Shown here one piece after another: positions 1-8,100 of a DNA stretch of 64,000 nt. The translations under genes were made by a program, and so were the position numbers. Each line of letters starts with the position of its first letter. Position 1 is the stretch's first letter. Origin of the DNA: an uncultured delta proteobacterium (GTDB lineage: Bacteria > Myxococcota > Myxococcia > Myxococcales > Anaeromyxobacteraceae). The stretch is from the NCBI GenBank assembly GCA_963814585.1, contig CAWFDF010000004.1, positions 544,001 through 608,000 on the forward strand. Direction: 5' to 3'. The notes under the pieces are model-generated. The model was not told where the DNA came from, did no database searches, and worked only from the letters and a program-made list of their open reading frames with translations.

Positions 1-1140
1 GGGCGTGAGGCCGCGGACCCGCGCCACCACCAGGCCGAGGGTCACCAGCGCCGCGAACAGCACCAGGATGGCGCCCACCTGGCCGAGGGTCTCCCGCAGC
101 CCCTGCGTGAAGATGATCGCCAGGGTGAGCGCGCCCTGCACCAGGACGGCGGCGCGCGGTGGGTGGCCCTCGGGGCTGGCGCGAAGGAACCCGGGCAGGA
201 AGCCGTCGGCCGCCATGGCCGCGTAGACGCGCGGGCCCAGGAAGATCATGGCGCTCATGGCGGAGAGGAAGACCAGCACGGTGGCCGCCGACCAGGCGAC
301 GCCGGCGGCCGGCCCGAGCAGCCGGGCCATGACGGCATGGCCGAGCGTGCCGTTCTCGCTGGTGACGGTGAAGAAGGCGGTGGCCGGGTCGAGGTTGGCC
401 ACGAAGATCCAGTTGACCAGCAGGTAGAGGGCCGCCACCAGCAGCGTGCCGATGATCATGGACCGGGGCACGGTGCGGGAGGGGTTCTCGAACTCCTCGG
501 CGGCGTAGATGGCGGCGTTCCAGCCGGAGAAGGCCAGCGCGATGTAGAAGAGCGAGCTCGCGAACGGGCCGAACGGGAAGCCCGGATCGGCGTGAGGCGG
601 CGTCCAGGTGGGCCAGCTGCGGGATCCGAGCGCCAGGCCGACACCGACGAAGCCGGCCAGCAGGAGCGCCTTGACCAGGACCAGCAGGTTCTGCGTCCGG
701 GCGCTGGCGCGGAAGCCCACCGCGTGGAAGCCGGTGAGCAACACCACCATGGCAGCGCCCGCCCAGGTGGGGTGGAGCCCGGGGAAGATGGTGCTGGCGA
801 AGGCGCCGGCCGCCAGGGCGTCCATCGCCACCGGCGCCGAGAAGCCGACCAGGAGCGAGGCCCAGCCGCCCAGGTAGCCGACCGCCGGGTGGAGCAGCTC
901 CGAGAGGTAGCGGTACTCCCCGCCGGAGCGGGGCACCAGCCGGGCCACCGCCCCGTAGGCGGCGGCGCCGCAGAGGGCGAGGATGGCGCCGGCCACCCAC
1001 GCCAGCAGGATGTGACCGGGGCCCATGTCCTGGGCCATGAAGCCGGCGGAGAGGAACACGCCGGCGCCGATCATGTTGGCGGCGACCATGCCGACGCCGG
1101 AGGCGAGGTGCAGCTTGGGCAGGGCGGAGGCGGTACGCAC
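1..1140 (-). CDS. APC-family amino acid permease (3' end runs off the window)
   Basis: Manual minus-strand translation, absent from the ORF track because it is truncated: MRTASALPKLHLASGVGMVAANMIGAGVFLSAG...PRSGGEYRYL...AFSGWNAAIYAAEEFENPSRTVPRS, which are the APC TM1 and TM6 motifs. GTG at 1140; an in-frame ATG at 1155 is also possible. Confidence 0.9.
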   Translation of the reverse strand, partial: MRTASALPKLHLASGVGMVAANMIGAGVFLSAGFMAQDMGPGHILLAWVAGAILALCGAAAYGAVARLVPRSGGEYRYLSELLHPAVGYLGGWASLLVGFSAPVAMDALAAGAFASTIFPGLHPTWAGAAMVVLLTGFHAVGFRASARTQNLLVLVKALLLAGFVGVGLALGSRSWPTWTPPHADPGFPFGPFASSLFYIALAFSGWNAAIYAAEEFENPSRTVPRSMIIGTLLVAALYLLVNWIFVANLDPATAFFTVTSENGTLGHAVMARLLGPAAGVAWSAATVLVFLSAMSAMIFLGPRVYAAMAADGFLPGFLRASPEGHPPRAAVLVQGALTLAIIFTQGLRETLGQVGAILVLFAALVTLGLVVARVRGLTP

Positions 1141-1162
1141 CGCGGCATGGTACATGAGCGCC

Positions 1163-2356
1163 ATGACCGCCGCGCTCCCAACTTTGGTCGTCCTGGCGCT
1201 CGCTGCCACCACCCCGGAAGCCTCCGCCGGCGCCCCCGCCGACTTCGTCGCCGAGGCCCGGGCGCTCATGCGCACCGTCACCTGCCAGGGCGACGGGGCG
1301 CTGCCCCAGGGCCTCGACGAGGCCACCGTGGCGGCCTACTGCATGAAGCAGCTCAAGGCGATCGCCGCCTACCGCGACCGCTACCTGCCGGTGGCCGGCC
1401 CCTTCCTCGCCAGGCTGCGCCCGGCCGGCACGCCCACCACCGTGGTCTACCCGTTCGGCGGCGGAGACCTGGTCTCCGCCCTCACCACCTATCCCGACGC
1501 CCGCGACCTGACCACGCTGTCGCTGGAGCATGCCGGCGATCCGCGCCGGCTCTCGGCCATCAAGGGCGCGGCGCAGCTGGCCGACTCGCTGGAGCTGATC
1601 CGCGCCACCTCGGCCGGCCTGCTCTACTCCTCCGACTCCAAGACCGAGAACCTGATGAAGGGGCAGCGCGGCGAGCTCCCCGGCCAGCTGTCGTTCTTCC
1701 TCACCGCGCTGGCGATCCACGGCTACCAGCCGGTCAGCCTCAGGTTCTTCCGCGTCGAGAGGGACGGCAGGCTCCACTACTTCTCCGCGGCCGAGATCGC
1801 CGCGCTGGAGGGGCAGGAGGCCAAGCTGCTGCGGGGGAAGTGGACCGAGCCCGACTTCTCCATGGCCTTCTCCAACTCCGAGCTCACCTTCGTGAGGAAG
1901 GGCGAGGATCCGTCCACCGCGGCCCGCGTCCACCGCCACATCGCCTGGGACCTGTCGGACGCGGCCGTGGCCAGGACCGGGATCATCGCCCACCTCGAGG
2001 CCAAGGGGACCGTCGCGGCCATGACCAAGGCTGCCTCCTACCTGCTCTGGCGCGACGACTTCTCCCGCGTCCGCAAGTACCTGCTCGGCCACATGACCCT
2101 GATGATCTCCGACTCCACCGGCATCCCCCCGCGCTGGGCGGGGCCCGCCGGCTTCGTGCAGGAGACCTACGGCTCCTTCGAGGTCTCGTTTCTCGAGGCC
2201 AGCGAGGACTTCAACAGGGAGTTCCGCGAGCTGTGGGCCTCGCAGCCCGCGCGCAAGCTGCCGTTCCGGTACGGCTACATCGACGGGCTCAAGGACGGCG
2301 ACAAGGCCATCGGCCGCAACCACCTGCTGGTGACGCGGAAGGCGGGCGGGAAGTAG
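1163..2356 (+). CDS. Exported conserved hypothetical protein
   Basis: Signal peptide MTAALPTLVVLALAA; GC3-rich codons; motifs YPFGGGD, KAASYL, SDSTGIP, LPFRYGY. Function unknown. Confidence 0.75.
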   Translation: MTAALPTLVVLALAATTPEASAGAPADFVAEARALMRTVTCQGDGALPQGLDEATVAAYCMKQLKAIAAYRDRYLPVAGPFLARLRPAGTPTTVVYPFGGGDLVSALTTYPDARDLTTLSLEHAGDPRRLSAIKGAAQLADSLELIRATSAGLLYSSDSKTENLMKGQRGELPGQLSFFLTALAIHGYQPVSLRFFRVERDGRLHYFSAAEIAALEGQEAKLLRGKWTEPDFSMAFSNSELTFVRKGEDPSTAARVHRHIAWDLSDAAVARTGIIAHLEAKGTVAAMTKAASYLLWRDDFSRVRKYLLGHMTLMISDSTGIPPRWAGPAGFVQETYGSFEVSFLEASEDFNREFRELWASQPARKLPFRYGYIDGLKDGDKAIGRNHLLVTRKAGGK

Positions 2357-2362
2357 GGCGCC

Positions 2363-3322
2363 ATGGGCCGGGCCGGAGCGCTGCCAATCGCGCTGGCCGT
2401 CCTCGCCAGCGCCTGTGCCGGCCCGCAGGGGCCGGTCCCCTCCTCGCCGGCCCCGGACGGCTCGGCGCCGGCCCCGTCTGCCGCACCGGCACCGGCACCG
2501 GCGACCCTGGTCCCCCCCGGGACCCAGGCCCAGCCCAGCGCCGATCCCTTCGCCCCGCCCGACCGGACGCAGGCGCCCTGGTCGCAGACGCCGGCGTCGC
2601 TGCTCGGCATCGGCGAGGTCGTGGCCGGGGAGGCGGCCGGCGGGGCCAGCTGGCGGATCGGGACCGCGCGCGGGACGGTCTGGGCCTGGCGGCCGGCCGG
2701 CTACCGGGCCCGCGACGCCGGCACCTGCGTCTACCTGCACGGCTACTTCACCACCGTCGACCAGGCGGTGCTCGACCACCGGCTGGCCGAGCAGTTCGCC
2801 GCCTCCGGCCGCAACGCCCTCTTCATCGCCGCCGAGGCGCCGGCCTGGAACGGCGAGGAGGGCGTCTGGCCCGACCTCGACGTGCTGCTGGCCGAGACCT
2901 TCCGGCGCAGCGGCCTGAGGCCGCCCCCGGGTCCGCTGGTGGTGGTGGGTCACTCCGGCGCCTTCCGGCCCATCCTCACCTGGCTCGACCACCCCCGGCT
3001 GGAGGAGGTGGTGCTGCTCGACGGGCTCTACCGCGGCGAGGCCCAGTTCAAGGGGTGGCTGCAGGCGAACGGGGCGCCGCGTCCGCGCCGGCTGGTGCTG
3101 GTCTCCGAGGAGACCCTCGCCGCCGCCGAGGCCCTGGTCGCCGCCATCCCCGGCGCCGTCTCGCTCCCAGAGGTGCCGGCGCCGGAGCGCGGGCTGGACG
3201 GCTCGACCCGCTCGGCGCGACTCCTTCACCTGAAGTCACAGCACTCGCACACGGCGATGGTCGAGGGCGGCGAGGTGCTGCCGCTGCTGCTGGGCGCCTC
3301 CCGCCTGCCGCCGCTGCGCTGA
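2363..3322 (+). CDS. Lipoprotein with alpha/beta-hydrolase-like domain
   Basis: Lipobox LASAC, Pro/Ala linker, YLHG, VVGHSGA nucleophile-elbow-like motif, LLDGLY. Confidence 0.7.
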   Translation: MGRAGALPIALAVLASACAGPQGPVPSSPAPDGSAPAPSAAPAPAPATLVPPGTQAQPSADPFAPPDRTQAPWSQTPASLLGIGEVVAGEAAGGASWRIGTARGTVWAWRPAGYRARDAGTCVYLHGYFTTVDQAVLDHRLAEQFAASGRNALFIAAEAPAWNGEEGVWPDLDVLLAETFRRSGLRPPPGPLVVVGHSGAFRPILTWLDHPRLEEVVLLDGLYRGEAQFKGWLQANGAPRPRRLVLVSEETLAAAEALVAAIPGAVSLPEVPAPERGLDGSTRSARLLHLKSQHSHTAMVEGGEVLPLLLGASRLPPLR

Positions 3323-3331
3323 CCGGCCCCG

Positions 3332-4471
3332 ATGCCCCCTCCCTTCGGCGTCTACGTCCACTTCCCCTACTGCGCCCACCGCTGCCCGTACTGCGACTTC
3401 GCGGTGACCACCCGGCCGGTGCCGGCCGGCGGCCGGTACGCGCGCGCGGTGCTGGCCGAGCTGGCGCTGCGGGCGGCGCCCTTCGACGGCCTCGAGTGCG
3501 TCAGCCTCTACCTCGGCGGCGGCACGCCCTCGCGCTGGGCGACGGAGGAGGTGGCGGCGGTGGTGGCCGGCGTGCGCGACCGCTGCAGGCTCCGCGACGA
3601 CGCCGAGGTGACCATCGAGGCCAACCCGGAGTCCTGCGACCGGGCCCGGCTGCTGGCCTGGCGCGCCGCGGGCGTCAACCGGGTCTCCATCGGCGTCCAG
3701 TCGTTCGACCCCGGGGTGCTGGCGCAGCTGGGGCGGCGCCACGACGGCGAGTCGGCGGCCCGCGCCATCGCCACGGCCGCCGCCGTGATCCCCAGCGTCA
3801 GCGTGGATCTCATCCAGGCGTCGCGCCGCTCCTCGGTGGCCGTCGCCGCCGCCGACGCGGCCCGGGCGGTGGCCTGCGGCGCCGGCCACGTCTCGGCCTA
3901 CGGCCTCACCCTGGATCCCGCGGTGATGGCCGAGGAGGTGCCGCTGGCCCGCGCCGCCCGCACCGGCCGGCTCGACTTCCCCGGCGACGAGGAGGCGCTG
4001 GCCCAGGCCCGGGCCGCCCGCGGCGCGCTGCGGGCCGCCGGGCTGCGCCGCTACGAGGTCTCCAACTTCGCTCGCCCCGGGCGGGAGTCGCGCCACAACC
4101 TCCTCTACTGGGAGGGCGAGAGCTACCTCGGGATCGGGGCCGGCGCGGCCGGCTGCCGGCGCGGTCCCGACGGCGGCGTCCGCTGGCAGAACCTGCGCGA
4201 CGCCGACGCCTGGCTGGCCGCGGTCGAGGCGGGGCACCTGCCCACCGGCGAGGAGGACCGGTTCGACGCCGCCGCCGACCGCAACGAGCGGATCATGCTG
4301 GGCCTGCGTACCGTCCGCGGCATCCCGCTCGGGCTGATCGACCCGTCGAAGGCCGGCGAGGTGGCGGCGCTGCGCCGGCGGCGGCTGGCGGTGGTGCGAT
4401 GTGGACGGCTGGTGCTCACCAGCCGCGGGCTCGAGCTGCAGAGCGCGGTGGCGGAGCGGCTGTTCGCCTGA
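3332..4471 (+). CDS. hemW: Radical SAM heme chaperone HemW (HemN-like)
   Basis: YVHFPYCAHRCPYCDF (CxxxCxxC), GGGTPS, EANP, YEVSNF, HNLLYW; lacks the HemN N-terminal extension. Confidence 0.88.
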   Translation: MPPPFGVYVHFPYCAHRCPYCDFAVTTRPVPAGGRYARAVLAELALRAAPFDGLECVSLYLGGGTPSRWATEEVAAVVAGVRDRCRLRDDAEVTIEANPESCDRARLLAWRAAGVNRVSIGVQSFDPGVLAQLGRRHDGESAARAIATAAAVIPSVSVDLIQASRRSSVAVAAADAARAVACGAGHVSAYGLTLDPAVMAEEVPLARAARTGRLDFPGDEEALAQARAARGALRAAGLRRYEVSNFARPGRESRHNLLYWEGESYLGIGAGAAGCRRGPDGGVRWQNLRDADAWLAAVEAGHLPTGEEDRFDAAADRNERIMLGLRTVRGIPLGLIDPSKAGEVAALRRRRLAVVRCGRLVLTSRGLELQSAVAERLFA

Positions 4472-4490
4472 GTGCGGGGCCCGCGCCCCG

Positions 4491-4985
4491 TCAGGCCTTG
4501 CCGCGCTTGCCCATCTTCGAGTCGAGATACCAGATGCCGCCGCCCTGATCGCCCACCGCCCGGAGGTGGTCGACGACCTGGCTGACGGTCGCCTCCTCCT
4601 CCACCTGCTCGGTGACGTACCACTGGAGCGTGATCTCGCTCGCGTAGTCCTTCTCGTCCCGGGCCGTCGCGAAGAGCCCGCCGATCTTCCCCGTGATGCT
4701 CTTCTCGTGGGCCAGGGTCTGCTCGAAGACCTGCAGGATGCTCCCGAAGTCGGTCCGTGGAGCGGGGATCGGCTGGAGCTCGAGCCTCCCGCCCCGGTCG
4801 AGGAGGAAGTCGACGAGCTTCACGGCGTGGGCGGTCTCCTCGCCGGCCTGAACCCGGAGCCAGTGGGCGAAGCCCTTGAAGCTCTTCCCTTCGCAGTGGG
4901 CGCTCATCGCGAGGTAGAGCTGGGCCGAGTACTGCTCGGTGTTGATCTGGGCGTTCAGCGCGTCCTGCATCGTCTTGCTGATCAT
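4491..4985 (-). CDS. ftnA: Non-heme ferritin
   Basis: MISKTMQDALNAQINTEQYSAQLYLAMS...EETAHA...HEKSIT...LQWYVTEQVEEE ferroxidase-centre motifs. Confidence 0.92.
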   Translation of the reverse strand: MISKTMQDALNAQINTEQYSAQLYLAMSAHCEGKSFKGFAHWLRVQAGEETAHAVKLVDFLLDRGGRLELQPIPAPRTDFGSILQVFEQTLAHEKSITGKIGGLFATARDEKDYASEITLQWYVTEQVEEEATVSQVVDHLRAVGDQGGGIWYLDSKMGKRGKA

Positions 4986-5106
4986 GTCGGTGGTCCTCGC
5001 GTTCGAGATCTTGCGTTCGGGCAGGCTTCGCGACCCGCCGCCTGGATCCGATAACGTGGCGTTCGGCGGCGTCAACCTCCGGATGCGGCGCCCTCCGCCT
5101 CCCGGC

Positions 5107-8100
5107 CTACCTGGAGTGGGTGAACGTGTCGACCAGCTGCCAGCCGGCGTGGGAGTCGTTCTCCCATTCCTCGGCGGTGAGCGTCATCGAGACCGGGTCC
5201 ACCGCCAGGCGCAGGTAGGCCGCGCCGTCGTGGTCGGTGTAGCCGGGCGAGACGAACTGATCGTAGATGCTGGTCTGGATGATGTAGGCGATCCCGTTGG
5301 TGACCGACACGGCGTTGTCGTGCGCATGCCCGGCCACGGCGGCGATCACGCCGTACGGGGCGGCCTCGAGCACGGCCCGCACCTCGGCCTGGTTGTCGAT
5401 CCAGTCGTGGGACCGGGAGACCGGGTAGTCCGTGCCGAGCGTCTGGTGGCTGAAGACGACGGACGGCCTGGTGGTCGCGGCGAGGTCGGCCTGGAGCCAG
5501 GCGATCTCGGCCGGAGGGAGGTGGCCCCAGTTGTCGGGAAAGTTCCCGCCCATGGTGTCGATGCGGACGTCGGTGTCCGAGTGGTACTGGGCGTCGAGCA
5601 GGATGACGTGGAGCCCGCCGACGTCGAACGATCCGTAGCCCAGGCCGGCCTGCCACTTGCCGCGCACCGAGGCCGGCCACGCGGCGCGGGCCTCCGCGAA
5701 CGTCATGCTGTTCTCCGAGTCGTGGTTGCCGAAGGTGTAGGATCGCTCTCCGGTCACCGAGGCCAGCTGCGCCAGGTAGACGTCGTTGACGTTGACGGCG
5801 TACCCGGCCGCGTCGTCGTCGTCGAGGTCGCCGCAGCTCTGCACCAGGTCCGGCTGCCAGGAGGCGAGGTGCGCCGCGACGTCACCGAGGAGCCGAGGGT
5901 CGGAGGCCTCGAGGTGGACGTCGTTGATCACCGCGATGTTCACGGTCGTCGCGGCCCGCACGCCCAGGACCGCGCTGCCGCTCGCCGTCTGCCCGCCGAA
6001 GCCGTCGCTGACCACCACGTGGAAGACGGCGCCGGCATCCGCCAGCGTGACCGGCGGCGTCAGGTAGTCCGCCGCGACGGCGCCAGGCACCACGGCGCCG
6101 TCCCGGTGCCACTGGTAGGCGACCTGGCCCGTGCCCGTCGCCGTGACGTGGAAGCCAGCCGTCGCGCCCACGTCGACCACCAGCGAGGCCGGGCCGCTGA
6201 CGATCACGGGAGGCGGTGGTGCGACCACCCGGATGGAGACGCTGGCCTGGGTGCTGCCGCCGGTGTTCCCGGCGGTGACCGTGTAGGTGGAGGCCGCCGC
6301 CACCGCCGACGGCGTGCCGGCGATGGCGCCGGTGGAGCTGCTCAGGGAGAGCCCGGGGGGCAGGTCCGGCGACACGGCGTACCAGACCACCGCGCCGCCG
6401 GCGCTGCCGGGGCGGTTCGGCGCGATGGCCGACCCGCCGACGTAGACCACCGGCGTGGCGTAGGTGAGCGCGCTCGGGGCCAGGTCGTTGACGGTGACGT
6501 CCAGGATCGCGGTCGTCGCTCCCCCGGCGTTGGTGGCCGTGACGGTGTAGGAGCGGCGCGGAACGATGCCGGAAGGCGTCCCGCTCACCACGCCGGTCGC
6601 CGGGTCGAGGTCGAGCCCAGCGGGGAGCCCGGGGGACACCGAGTACCCGACGACGTGCCCACCCAGGTTGCTCGGCAGGTTGGGCGCGATCGCCACGCCT
6701 CTCGTGTAGACCGGCGCCATGCTGGAGTAGGTCAGGACCACCGGGGCCTGCGCCGGCGTGACGTGGTTCGATGGCGCGCTCAGCGGGCCGTCACCGACGG
6801 CGGTCGAGGCCAGCACCTGGAAGGAGTAGGTGGTCTCGTTCGTCAGGTCGGTGATGGTGGCCGAGGTCTCGGCGAACGCGATGAAGGCGGCCGGCGCGGG
6901 AGGCGTGACGGCGACCTCGTAGCGGGTCACGGGCCTGCCACCGGTGGAGGCGGGCGCCGTCCAGCTGAGGAAGGCGCTCCCGTCGGAGGCGACCGCCACC
7001 AGGCCAGTCGGGGCCCCGGGCAGGCCCGGGGTGGTGGCGGGCGCCGAGGGGAGCGAGGCCGGCCCGGGACCGATCGCGTTGGAGGCCCTCACCGTGAACG
7101 TGTAGGCGGTGCCGTTGGCGAGCCCCGACACGGTGGCGCTGGTGCCCGTCGCCGCCGCGGTGGCGCCGCCTGGGGACGCCGTCACCGTGTAGCCGGTGAT
7201 GGCGCTGCCGTTGTCGGGTGGCGCCGTCCAGCTCACCGTGGCGCTGCGGACGTCGGCGACCGCGGCCACGCCGGTCGGCGCGCCCGGCGTGGTGGCCGGC
7301 GTCACCGCGGCCGACGCCAGGGACTCCGGGCCGGTCCCGGCCGCGTTCACGGCTGCCACGGTGAAGGTGTAGCTGGTGCCGTTGGCGAGCCCTGCGAACG
7401 TGGTGCTGGTGCCGGCCGCCGGCCTGGTGGCGCCGCCGGGGCTGGCCGTGACGGTGTAGCCGGTGACCGGGCTGCCGCCGTCCGAGCCGGGCGCCGTCCA
7501 CGTCAGCATCACCGTGGCGTCGCCCGCGACGGCGACCGGCCGGCCGGGGGCGGTCGGAACCGTGTACGGCGTCACCGGTGGCGAGGCCGCGCTCACCGGG
7601 CCATCGCCGACCGCGCTGCTGGCGAAGACCCGGAAGACGTACGGGGTGCCGTTGGTGAGGCCGGAGACGGTGGCGCTGGTGCCCGTCACGGTCCTGGTGG
7701 CGCCGCCCGGAGAGACCGTCACCGTGTACCCGGTGATGGCGCTGCCGTTGCTCGCAGGGGCGTTCCAGCCGAGGGAGACGGTCCCGTCGGAGGGGACCGC
7801 GACCAGGCCGGACGGCGCCCCTGGCACGTCCGGGGTGGTGACGGCGCCGAGCGACGACGCCGAGGCCGGGCCGGTGCCGTTCGCGTTGGAGGCCCTCACC
7901 GTGAACGTGTAGGCGGTGCCGTTGGCGAGCCCGGACACGGTGGCGCTGGTGCCCATCGCCGCCGCGGTGACGCCGCCTGGGGACGCCGTCACCGTGTAGC
8001 CGGTGATGGCGCTGCCGTTGTCGGGTGGCGCCGTCCAGCTCACCGTGGCGCTGCGGACATCGGCGACCGCGGCCACGCCGGTCGGCGCGCCCGGCGTGGT

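Noticed and set aside
163..4548. 1461-aa plus-strand ORF and similar long Arg/Gly/Pro-rich ORFs (4939..9630, 11458..14631, 14595..17255, 50104..53076, 56963..59599)
   Set aside because: Shadow frames of real genes in stop-poor GC-rich DNA; low-complexity translations without motifs.
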